Below are positions 30,176-39,868 of a DNA stretch of 45,232 nt, piece by piece; the stretch's first letter is position 1, and each line of letters opens with the position of its first letter. The notes beneath the pieces were generated by a model that did no database searches, was not told where the DNA came from, and was given only the letters and a program-made list of their open reading frames with translations. The stretch comes from an uncultured Clostridia bacterium (GTDB taxonomy: Bacteria; Bacillota; Clostridia; TANB77; CAG-508). The DNA is taken from the NCBI GenBank assembly GCA_947625295.1, contig CANQNU010000004.1, forward strand, positions 1-45,232, in the 5' to 3' direction. Position numbers and translations under genes: made by a program.

Positions 30176-30911
30176 CTATATATTTTTAATTATAACAACT
30201 GTTATGTTGTCATATCCCCCTTTATTATTTGCTATTTCTACTAATTCCTTGGGTGCTAATTCTATATTCTTTTTTGCAAGTTTAAATATTTCCTCCTGTG
30301 GTACTAAATTTGATAATCCATCTGAACACATTATATAAATGTCATCTTTTAAAAATCCTTTTACCATAACATCTGGCTCAACAAATGCGTTACATCCGAA
30401 GTGCTTTCATTAACATATTTTTTTGTGGATGATGTATTGCTTCTTCTTGAGTTATTTTACCATCTTTTACTAATTTTTGAACATAGCTATGGTCTTGTGT
30501 TAATTTTCTCATAAATTCTTTTCTAATTCTATATATTCTACTATCTCCTACGTGACCAATAAAGGCTCTATTATTATATATTAAACATATTTCTAAAGTA
30601 GTACCCATTCCTTCTAATTCTTTATCTTCTTGTGATTTTTCATAAACTATCATATTGGCATATTCCATACTACTTGCTACTAATTGTATTATACTATCTT
30701 TGTCTTTTTCTATTTCTTCAAAATTATTCTCTATATAGCTTTTTGCTGATTGTATGGCAAGTTTACTTGCTATCTCTCCACCATTGTATCCTCCCATACC
30801 GTCTGCTAACATATAAATTTGTACTTCATCTAATGAATCTGATATATAATAAGCATCTTGATTTATTTCTCTTACTTTACCAATATCAGTCTTGGCATAA
30901 GCTTTTATCAT
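30176..30911 (-). CDS. stp: PP2C Ser/Thr phosphatase Stp/PrpC (~244 aa), split by a +1 frameshift at CGG 30398-30396
   Basis: N-part has 'ADGMGG', 'MGTT', 'HVGDSR'; C-part has 'CSDGL', 'GGYDNIT'; CTT C GGA TGT restores the conserved 'ALG'. Confidence 0.92.
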
Positions 30912-31070
30912 TTTTTCACCTCTCTTCTTTTTTTATTTATTTCGTGCTATTTTTTTCTTTATTTCTTTATATCACAAGTTTTATGTTTTTGCAAGCACCT
31001 TGTAAAAATAGTATTTTTATGATATAATATAGTTATGATACTTGAAAACTTAGCACAGAAAGGAGTTAGT

Positions 31071-31307
31071 ATGAGATATTCATCTAACGTTGATGTCAAA
31101 GAGAAGCGGGTTACAGTAGCTGTTGAAGATGATGGCAGAGATTTTTCAGTTAGTTTAGTAGATAAGCTTATGGCTTTGGCTATTAAGCACAATGCAACTG
31201 ATTATTATTTCAGTTTCGAAGACTGGAATTTTTCTGCAAACTGTGATTCATTAGAAGATCTTAATGATCTTGCAAGTGAATTATCAGAATGCATGGAAGC
31301 AGCCTAA
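31071..31307 (+). CDS. Small acidic hypothetical protein (78 aa) with an in-frame CGG at codon 13
   Basis: AGAAAGGAG RBS before ATG 31071; followed by a terminator hairpin. Confidence 0.65.
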   Translation: MRYSSNVDVKEKRVTVAVEDDGRDFSVSLVDKLMALAIKHNATDYYFSFEDWNFSANCDSLEDLNDLASELSECMEAA

Positions 31308-31327
31308 ACCCAATCTTTTTGCTTGAC

Positions 31328-31368
31328 GAAATCCCCTAGAAACATCTTCTTCGTTTTTGGGGGATTTC
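31328..31368 (+). terminator. Intrinsic terminator
   Basis: GAAATCCCCTAGAAAC/GTTTTTGGGGGATTTC. Confidence 0.65.
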
Positions 31369-31432
31369 TCTTATTTATTATTTGTAATGAAATTGTTAGG
31401 ACCGTTCAAGAATTCTTCAAAAGTCTAAAAAT

Positions 31433-31461
31433 TTGACTAATAAACAATTGAAATGTATAAT
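31433..31461 (+). promoter_or_regulatory. SigA-type promoter of mutS2
   Basis: TTGACT-17 nt-TATAAT. Confidence 0.65.
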
Positions 31462-31495
31462 AAATCAATAAAAATAAAGTTATGGAGTTATAAAT

Positions 31496-33860
31496 ATGAA
31501 CACAAATTATTTAGAAAAATTAGAATTTAATAAGATAAAAAAAATGCTAAGTAATTTTTCTCATACATATATCGGTAAAAATTTATCTTTTAACTTAGAA
31601 CCTAGTAATAATACAGATAATGTAAGAAAATTACTAAAAGAAACACAAGAAGCATTGGACTTAATAGAAAGAAATTCTTCTCCTTCTTTTTATGAAATTG
31701 CAGATATAACAATTCATTTAAAAAAATTAGAAAGTAATGGTTGTTTATCTGCTAAATCTCTTTTAGAACTTTCAACAATTTTCAAACTTGCTCAAGAACT
31801 TAAAAATTATTTTAATAAAGATTTTATTAATTTAGAAGACTATCCAATTTTATCTGAACTCTTTATTAATTTATATGCAAATAAAAGCGTAATTGATAAA
31901 ATTTCTTCTTGTATTATAGATGAAAATACAATTGATGATAATGCTTCAAAAACGCTACTTTCTATTAGGAAACAACAAATAAAGCTAGAACAAGATATTA
32001 GAAGCAAACTAAATCATATGCTTCATTCTTCTGCTTATTCTAAATATATTCAAGAAAACATCATTACTATTAGAAATGACCGCTTCGTTATTCCTATAAA
32101 AGAAGAATATCGTTCTCAGGTCAAAGGTTTTATCCATGATGTTTCTAATGCTGGTTCTACTATTTTTATAGAACCTATTTCTATATTTGAAATGAATAAT
32201 GAATTAAATCAACTAAAAATGGATGAAACTATTGAAATTGAAAAAATATTGCAAGAATTATCTTCTCTTTTCTATCCTTATGTTGAACAATTAAAATTAG
32301 ATAGTTCTTTAATTGGAAAATTAGATTTCATTTTTTCAAAAGCTAAATTTTCCAAATCTTTGAATGCTAATATGCCTATTATAAGTGATAAAAAAGAGAT
32401 TAATTTAATTAACGCAAGACATCCTTTGATTGATAAAAATAAAGTTGTTCCTATTTCAATTCCTATTGGAACTAATTTTTCAACTTTACTAATTACAGGT
32501 CCAAATACAGGTGGAAAAACTGTTACTTTAAAAACAGTAGGTTTACTATTATGTATGGCATATAGTGGTTTAGGTATCCCTGCTGGCGAAAATTCAAGTA
32601 TTTATGTCTTTGATGAGATTTTTACAGATATTGGTGATGATCAAAGTATTAGTGATTCTTTAAGTACTTTTTCATCTCATATAACAAACATCGTAGAAAT
32701 AACCAAAAGAGTTACCAAAAATTCTTTAGTATTAGTAGATGAACTTGGTTCTGGAACAGATCCAGTAGAAGGTGCTAATTTAGCAATAAGTATATTAGAT
32801 TATTTTAAACAAGTAAATTGTATTACAATTGCAACTACACATTATCAGGAATTAAAACAATATGCTTTAGTAACAGAAGGTTTTGAAAATGCATCTGTCG
32901 AATTTGATATTAATACATTAAGCCCTACTTATAAATTGCTTGTTGGAATTCCTGGAAAAAGCAATGCATTTGCTATAAGTCAAAAATTAGGTTTATCTTC
33001 TTCTATTCTTGATAAAGCTAAGTCACTTATGACTTCTGATGAAATTAATATTGAAGAATTGTTAAAAAGTATCTATGATGATAAGTCTTTAATTGAAAAG
33101 GAAAAATTGGAAATAGAACAACAATATAATCAAGTTACCCTATTGAAAAAATCCTTAGAACGAGATAATTCTTTACTAAAGAAACAAGAAAAAGATTTAA
33201 TTGATAATGCTAAAATAAAGGCTCGCAATATTTTATTAGATGCAAAAGAAGAAGCAAGTGAAATTATAAAACAAATTAATCAATCCACTGATTCTAAAAA
33301 AATAAATAATTTAAGAAATAAACTTAATACAAAAATTAAAGATATTCAATTAGATTCTAATAACGTAGAATCTCTAGAAACTGTAAATTCTATTAAAGTT
33401 GAAGAAATACGGTCCAAATATGGAAGTGTATGTATCTACATTTGGACAAAATGGTACTGTGCTTTCACATGTTACAAAATCTAATGAAGTACAAGTTCAA
33501 ATTGGAAATATTAAAACAAATGTAAATATTCAGCATTTAAAAAGGGTTTCAAATTCGAATATAAATAAATCTAATTATGTTTCTGATTATACAAAAATTT
33601 CTAAATCGAAAAATATAAAATCTGAAATTAATGTTATTGGATTAAATATTGAAGAGGCTACTTTTGTAGTTGATAAATTTCTAGATGATTGTTCTCTTGC
33701 TAAATTACAAACTGTTAGAATAGTTCATGGAAAAGGTACTGGTAGACTAAGAGATGGTATTCATGCTTTTTTAAAAAAGCATCCTCATGTAAAATCTTTT
33801 AGATTGGGAACTTATGGTGAAGGTGAAATGGGTGTTACTGTTGTTGAATTAAAAAAATAA
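31496..33860 (+). CDS. mutS2: MutS2 (~787 aa), split by a +1 frameshift at CGG 33410-33412 before the KOW/Smr domains
   Basis: 'TGPNTGGKT', 'DELGSGTDP', 'TTHY'; second ORF has KOW-like 'VYVSTFGQNGTV' and Smr 'IVHGKGTGRLR'. Confidence 0.93.
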
Positions 33861-33880
33861 TTATTTGATAAAATTTTTGT

Positions 33881-33918
33881 AAAAGCCTATTAATTATTCC
33901 TATTTTTAATAGGCTTTT
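33881..33918. terminator. Bidirectional terminator
   Basis: AAAAGCCTATTA/TAATAGGCTTTT between convergent genes. Confidence 0.7.
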
Positions 33919-34381
33919 ATGATTGAATTTGAGATTTTAAATAAAAAATTTCGTTACTGTTTTTATCGATTAGCTTTTCGTCTTTTTCAAATCTATTTTC
34001 ATGATTTTGTAACTTTTCTGAATGAAATTTGAAAGCATCTAATAGTGCTCTTAGTTTTTCTCCGTGTTCTACTTCTATTCTTGTTAATGTGTTTCCTTGT
34101 CTCTTTTGCTCTTCTTGGATTGCATCTACTCTTATTTTTAATTCATTTACTTCTTCTTTTAATACTTTTAATTCTTTTACATCTACTTCTAATTCTTTTA
34201 ATTTTTCTACTATTTTTAGTAATAATTCATCTCTACATTTGTCTTCTTCTTCCATTCTTTGTAATCTTTCATTTATTCTTTCGTTTTCTTCTACTACCTT
34301 TAGTAGTAATTCGTCTCTTCGTTTGTCTTCTTCTTGCATCTTTAGTAATAATTCATCTCTTTGTTTTTGATTCATGCGCAC
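33917..34381 (-). CDS. Coiled-coil hypothetical protein with internal RDELLLK repeats
   Basis: GAAAGGAGG RBS; three copies of RDELLLK; heptad-rich. Confidence 0.75.
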   Translation of the reverse strand: MRMNQKQRDELLLKMQEEDKRRDELLLKVVEENERINERLQRMEEEDKCRDELLLKIVEKLKELEVDVKELKVLKEEVNELKIRVDAIQEEQKRQGNTLTRIEVEHGEKLRALLDAFKFHSEKLQNHENRFEKDEKLIDKNSNEIFYLKSQIQS

Positions 34382-34439
34382 TCCTCCTTTCCTTAAAAAA
34401 TTTTAAAACTTACAATCTTTTTGTTTGATTGTAAGTTAA

Positions 34440-34468
34440 ATTATACAGTTTAATTCTATTAAAGTCAA
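34440..34468 (-). promoter_or_regulatory. SigA-type promoter of the coiled-coil gene
   Basis: Minus strand TTGACT-17 nt-TATAAT. Confidence 0.6.
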
Positions 34469-34497
34469 TAAAATTTTGTCGCAATTTTCGACAATTT

Positions 34498-35301
34498 TTA
34501 TACATATTTTTCTATTGAAATAATCGTTCTTCCACTTCTTGTAGTTCCACAAAATTCTTTAATTACAAATCTTCCTTTTCCTCTAATTGTAATAATATCT
34601 TTTTCCTTTACTTGTTTAGATAATTTTGTTTCATTTTGTCCATTTACAAAAACTCTCTCTTGATTAATAATTTGTGCAGCTTTGCTTCTTGAAGTTCTTG
34701 CTAAATCTGACACAAAATTATCTAATCTTAAAGATGGTACAATGATTTTTATTTCTTCTACTTTAACTTCTTTCTTTTTTAGCTGGCTTAATGATAAAAT
34801 TTCAACTTTACTATTTTCAAATCTTGTTAGCGATGGTAATTGTTCTTTTAAAATATTAGAAAATTCTGTTACTGTAATAATATCTGCACCTTCTTCTGAA
34901 ACTAAAATATCTCCAACTTTTTCTCGTTTTAAACCTAATTTTACAATTCCACCTAAATAATTTCTATGACTATATTTTCCTTTTTCTTCTTCTGGCAATT
35001 GTACTCTAACTATATTTAAAATTTTATCATAATTTTTTTGTATCATGCTATCTGTATAATCCTCTGGATAAATAACTACTATTTTTCTTTCTGCATCTTC
35101 ATATCCTCCAAATAAAACACAATTTGAAAACTGAATCCTTCTTAAAAAATTCTGCACTAAAGATACCTGATACATATCTAAAAAATCTGTATATTCTATT
35201 TTATTATTTTTTTTAGACATTTCTATTTTATCTAAGATTTGTCCTAAACATATTTTATCTTCTTGCTTTTTATAATCATTTAATAATTCTTGCTTATTCA
35301 C
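34498..35301 (-). CDS. ylmH: YlmH/Sll1252-family S4 RNA-binding protein
   Basis: 'TDFLD', 'GGYEDAER', 'HRNYLG', 'SLRLD', 'IRGKGR'. Confidence 0.9.
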   Translation of the reverse strand: MNKQELLNDYKKQEDKICLGQILDKIEMSKKNNKIEYTDFLDMYQVSLVQNFLRRIQFSNCVLFGGYEDAERKIVVIYPEDYTDSMIQKNYDKILNIVRVQLPEEEKGKYSHRNYLGGIVKLGLKREKVGDILVSEEGADIITVTEFSNILKEQLPSLTRFENSKVEILSLSQLKKKEVKVEEIKIIVPSLRLDNFVSDLARTSRSKAAQIINQERVFVNGQNETKLSKQVKEKDIITIRGKGRFVIKEFCGTTRSGRTIISIEKYV

Positions 35302-35356
35302 ACTTCTCCTCCTTCGGGGGATTAGGAGACATTCCTTTTTATACTTTTTGCAAAAA

Positions 35357-37229
35357 CTATTCCTTAATTTTTTCTTTAGCAGGCTCCTTTAATCCCTTTA
35401 TTATACTTTCTTTATCTAAATTATATATTTTTTCTAATTCTTCTACTGTTCCATGTTCAATATATTTATCTGGATATGCATATGTTTTCAATTTAACATT
35501 TTGCATTTGCTCTTCGAGTATTAATTCTTTTATTGCTGTTCCTAAACCATTTATCTCTGTTCCATCTTCAATTGTTATAACATTTTTTGTTTTTTCTATT
35601 GATTCTTTTATAGTATTTCTATCTAATGGTTTTAAAAATCTTACATTAATTACTTCTGCTTCTATTTTATCTTTTTTTATATCTTGTGCTATTTCCATTG
35701 CTCTTGAAACAGTTTTACCAATTGCTATAATAGTTATATCTTTTCCTTGTTTTAGAACTTCTGCTTTTCCTTGTTCTATTTTTTCATGTTTTTCAAATGC
35801 TAACTTAGCTTCTCCTCCTCTTGGATATCTGATTACTACTGGCTTATTTAGATTAACTGCAAATTCTAGCATATCTTCTAATTCTTTAAAATCTTTTGGT
35901 GCCATAATTGTTAAATTAGGAACTAATCTAAAAAATGCCATATCTAATGTTCCTTGATGTGTTTCTCCGGTCTGTCCCTACTACTCCTGCTCTATCTACA
36001 CACATAACGACATGTAAATTTTGCATAGCAATATCATGAATCACTTGATCATATGCTCTTTGATAAAATGATGCATAAATCGGAACCACTGGAATTATTC
36101 CTTCTTTTGCCATTCCTGCTGCTAGCCCTAGAGCATGTTGTTCTGCAATACCAATATCAAAGAATCTATTTGGGAATTCTTTTTGAAATTGTGTAAGACC
36201 TGTTCCATCCTTCATTGAAGCTGTTATCGCAACTATTTTGTTATTATTTTTTGCCAATTCTACTAATTTTTCTCCAAATACTTTTGAATAATCTTTTTTC
36301 TTTTCTTGTTTTGGCTCTCCTGTTTCTATATTAAATGGTCCAGTTGCATGAAATCTATCTGGGTTTTCTTCTGCTACTTTATATCCTTTCCCTTTTTTAG
36401 TTAAAATATGAATTAAAACTGGCCCTTCTAATTGCTTACTTATTTTTAACATTCTCTCTAATTCTTCAATATCATGTCCATCAACTGGCCCTAAATATCT
36501 AAAACCTATATCTTCAAAAAACATTTTAGGAATAATTAATTGTTTAATACTTCTTTTTATTCTTTGTACTATTTTTACAACTGGTTTCCCTATTACTGGT
36601 ATTTCATTAATAAATTTTTTTATAGAAATATTAGATTTTGTATAAGTCCTTTTTGTTCTTAATTTACTAAGTAACATACTCATTCCGCCAATATTTTTTG
36701 CTATACTCATCTCATTATCATTTAAAATAACAGTTAAATTCGCTTTACTACATCCTGCATCATTTAGCGCTTCTAAAGCCATTCCTCCTGTTAGTGCTCC
36801 ATCACCAATTACCGCTAGTACAGAATGATTTTTTCCTTCAATGTCTCTTGCTCTTGCCATTCCTAATGCTGCCGATATAGAAGTACTACTATGTCCTGTA
36901 TTAAAACAGTCTGTTTCTGATTCTTTTATTTTTGGGAATCCAGCAATCCCTTTCAATTTTCTTAAAGTTTTTAATTGCTCTCTTCTTCCTGTAATAATTT
37001 TATGTACATAAGTTTGATGTCCTACATCCCAAACAATTTTGTCATTTGGTAAATCAAATACACTATGTAACGCAATTGTAAGTTCTACCACTCCTAAGTT
37101 AGAAGCTAAATGTCCTCCATTTTTAGATACTATTTCTATTATATATTTTCTAATTTCTTCTGCCAATTTTTTCTTTTCATCTATATTTAATTTTTTTACA
37201 TCCTCTGGCGAGTTTATTTTTTCTAACAT
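35357..37229 (-). CDS. dxs: 1-deoxy-D-xylulose-5-phosphate synthase (~623 aa), split by a +1 frameshift at CGG 35969-35967
   Basis: 'GGHLASNLG', 'WDVGHQ', 'GDGALTGG', 'GIAEQH'; GAC C GGA GAA ACA CAT CAA GGA restores 'DRAGVVGTDGETHQG'. Confidence 0.95.
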
Positions 37230-37324
37230 TTTATCACCTATTTTACTTGTTTTTTATAAGCTTTATAATTATAGCACCTTTCTTTGCATTTTTCTACCCT
37301 TTCTACTATATAAATTTTAAAAAA

Positions 37325-37377
37325 GCGAGCCTAAGATTTTCTATCAAATACAAATTTCAAGAAAATCTAAGGCTCGC
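37325..37377 (-). terminator. clpC operon terminator
   Basis: GCGAGCCTAAGATTTTCT/AGAAAATCTAAGGCTCGC, with a T tail on the minus strand. Confidence 0.75.
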
Positions 37378-37391
37378 CATATTATTGAATT

Positions 37392-39842
37392 TTATCTTAC
37401 AACGATTTTTTCATCTTCAACACCTATTTTTGCAAGTTTATTTTTCTTTAAATTACCTTCTAAAATTTCTTCTGCTAATCTGTCTTCTAAAACATTTTGA
37501 ATTGTTCTTCTAAGGGGTCTCGCTCCGAAATTTTTATCTATTCCCTTACCTGCTATTAATTCTTTTACTTGTGGTTCTAATTCAATTTTTATTTTTTGAT
37601 CTGATAATCTATTTGTTACCTCTTTTAGCATAATATCTATAATTTTACTAATTTCATCATCTGTTAATTTATGGAATACAATAATTTCATCAATACGATT
37701 TATAAACTCTGGTCTTAGCTCTTTCTTTAATGCTTCCATTACTTCTTTTTTAGTCTGCTCATATTCTTTATTTTCTTCTTCAGTTTTATTACCAGCTTGT
37801 GTGAAACCTAACATTTTTTTATCTGTAATTAATCTTGCTCCTATATTTGATGTCATAATAATAACTGTATTTTTAAAGTTTACTGTTCTTCCCTGTGAAT
37901 CTGTTAACCTACCATCTTCTAAAATTTGTAATAACATATTCATAACATCAGGATGTGCTTTTTCTATTTCATCAAATAATATTACAGAATATGGTTTTCT
38001 TCTTATCTTTTCTGTTAATTGCCCTCCTTCATCAAATCCTACATATCCTGGAGGTGAACCAATTAATTTAGAAATAGAATGTGGCTCCATATATTCAGAC
38101 ATATCTACTCTTATCATTGCATTTTCATCACCAAATAAACTTTCTGCTAATGCTTTTGATAATTCTGTTTTTCCTACACCGGTTGGTCCTAAGAATAAGA
38201 ATGAACCAATTGGTCTTTTAGGATCCTTTAATCCAACTCTTCCTCTTCTAATTGCTTTTGCAACTGCTTCTACTGCTTCATTTTGACCAATTACTCTTTC
38301 ATGTAGATTTTTTTCTAAATTTTTTAATCTTTCATTTTCATCTTCAGTTATTTTCTTAGCAGGAATTCCTGTCCAACTTGCAATTACTTCTGCAATATTT
38401 TCCTCTGTAATATCTGTTATTTGTTTTGTATTTTTATTTTTCCATTTCTTTTGCTCTTTTTCATATTTTTCTTTTAATTCTTTTTCTTTATCTCTCAAAC
38501 TTGCTGCTTTTTCAAATTTTTGTGTTCTTACTGCTTCTTCTTTATTTTTCTTTGTTTCCTCTATTTGTTCTTCTAATTCTTTTAGGTTTTCTGGTTCTGT
38601 ATATGTTTTTAATTTTACTCTAGAAGCTGCTTCATCAATTAAATCAATTGCTTTATCTGGTAAAAATCTATCATTAATATATCTTGTAGACATTTTAACT
38701 GCTGCTTCAATTGCTTGGTCTGTAATTTTCACACCATGATGTGCTTCATATTTATCTCTAATTCCTTTTAAAATAACAATTGTATCTTTTTCTGTTGGTT
38801 CATTTACTGTAACTGGGCTAAATCTTCTTTCTAATGCAGAATCTTTTTCTATATATTTTCTATATTCATTTAAAGTGGTCGCACCAACTAATTGAATTTC
38901 TCCTCTCGCTAAAAGTGGCTTTAAAATATTTGCTGCATCAATTGCTCCCTCTGCAGCTCCTGCTCCAACAATTGTGTGTATTTCATCAATAAATAATATA
39001 ACATCTCCTACTTTTTTAACTTCCTCTAGTGCCTTTTTTATTCTTTCCTCAAAGTCTCCTCTATATTTAGCACCTGCTACCATACTTGAAATATCCATTG
39101 TAACAACTCTTTTATCTTTTAATATTTCTGGAACATCTCCTGCAACAATTTTTTGTGCTAATCCTTCTACAACTGCTGTTTTACCAACACCTGGCTCTCC
39201 AATTAAACAAGGATTATTTTTTGTTCTTCTTGATAAAATTTGTATTACTCTTTCAATTTCTTCTTTTCTACCAACTATTGGATCTAGCTTTCCTTCTTGT
39301 GCTTTTTTTGTTAAGTCTTCTCCAAATTGATTTAGAGTAGTTGTTTGATTATAACTTCCTCTTTTTGATTGTTTTCCACTTTTTCCTTTATCATTTGAAG
39401 TTAAATCTTCTCCCTCATTAATTACTTTTACAATTTCATTATATAATTTTGGAATGTTAACATTTAATTCTAATAATATTCTTGCTGCAATACTATCTCC
39501 TTCTCTTAAAATAGATATTAATAGATGTTCTGTTCCTATATAATTGTATCCTAATTTTCTTGCTTCTATAAAAGCCGTCTCTACTACTCTTTTAGTTCTT
39601 GGAGTAAATCCTAATGTTTCATCAATTGTTTCTCCTTGTCCAATTAATTCTACTATTTTATCTATAATATCTTGAGGTGTAATTTCTTGATTTTCTAAAA
39701 CTTTTGAAGCAACTCCGCTTCCTTCTCTTGCTAGACCATATAAAATATGTTCTGTTCCTATATAATTATGACCTAATTCAATTGCCACTTCATTTGCAAT
39801 TTCAATTGCCTTTTTGGCTCTTCCTGTAAAATTATATGTCAT
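37392..39842 (-). CDS. clpC: ATP-dependent Clp protease ATP-binding subunit ClpC
   Basis: Clp-N repeats; two Walker A motifs (GEPGVGKT, GPTGVGKT); UVR domain; LGF loop. Confidence 0.97.
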   Translation of the reverse strand: MTYNFTGRAKKAIEIANEVAIELGHNYIGTEHILYGLAREGSGVASKVLENQEITPQDIIDKIVELIGQGETIDETLGFTPRTKRVVETAFIEARKLGYNYIGTEHLLISILREGDSIAARILLELNVNIPKLYNEIVKVINEGEDLTSNDKGKSGKQSKRGSYNQTTTLNQFGEDLTKKAQEGKLDPIVGRKEEIERVIQILSRRTKNNPCLIGEPGVGKTAVVEGLAQKIVAGDVPEILKDKRVVTMDISSMVAGAKYRGDFEERIKKALEEVKKVGDVILFIDEIHTIVGAGAAEGAIDAANILKPLLARGEIQLVGATTLNEYRKYIEKDSALERRFSPVTVNEPTEKDTIVILKGIRDKYEAHHGVKITDQAIEAAVKMSTRYINDRFLPDKAIDLIDEAASRVKLKTYTEPENLKELEEQIEETKKNKEEAVRTQKFEKAASLRDKEKELKEKYEKEQKKWKNKNTKQITDITEENIAEVIASWTGIPAKKITEDENERLKNLEKNLHERVIGQNEAVEAVAKAIRRGRVGLKDPKRPIGSFLFLGPTGVGKTELSKALAESLFGDENAMIRVDMSEYMEPHSISKLIGSPPGYVGFDEGGQLTEKIRRKPYSVILFDEIEKAHPDVMNMLLQILEDGRLTDSQGRTVNFKNTVIIMTSNIGARLITDKKMLGFTQAGNKTEEENKEYEQTKKEVMEALKKELRPEFINRIDEIIVFHKLTDDEISKIIDIMLKEVTNRLSDQKIKIELEPQVKELIAGKGIDKNFGARPLRRTIQNVLEDRLAEEILEGNLKKNKLAKIGVEDEKIVVR

Positions 39843-39868
39843 TTTGATATTCTCCTTTCATTATTGAT

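Noticed and set aside
30390-30398. Simple reassignment of CGG to another amino acid, or stop-codon readthrough
   Set aside because: The conserved downstream sequence is in a different frame, so neither would restore the proteins.
8899-35969. Four independent pseudogenes or homopolymer sequencing errors as the explanation for the split genes
   Set aside because: All four breaks are +1 at an in-frame CGG, three have no C run, the many long A/T runs in genes are error-free, and there is no other decay. Disfavoured but not excluded without reads.
35980-35990. Internal SD-like AGGAG upstream of the dxs shift site as a stimulator
   Set aside because: It encodes the conserved Ala-Gly-Val, its spacing is unlike prfB, and the other three sites lack it.
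35967-38172. CCGG methylation-related basecalling artefact
   Set aside because: Only the dxs site is CCGG; another CCGG in clpC (~38179-38182) causes no break, and TTCGGA occurs harmlessly out of frame elsewhere.
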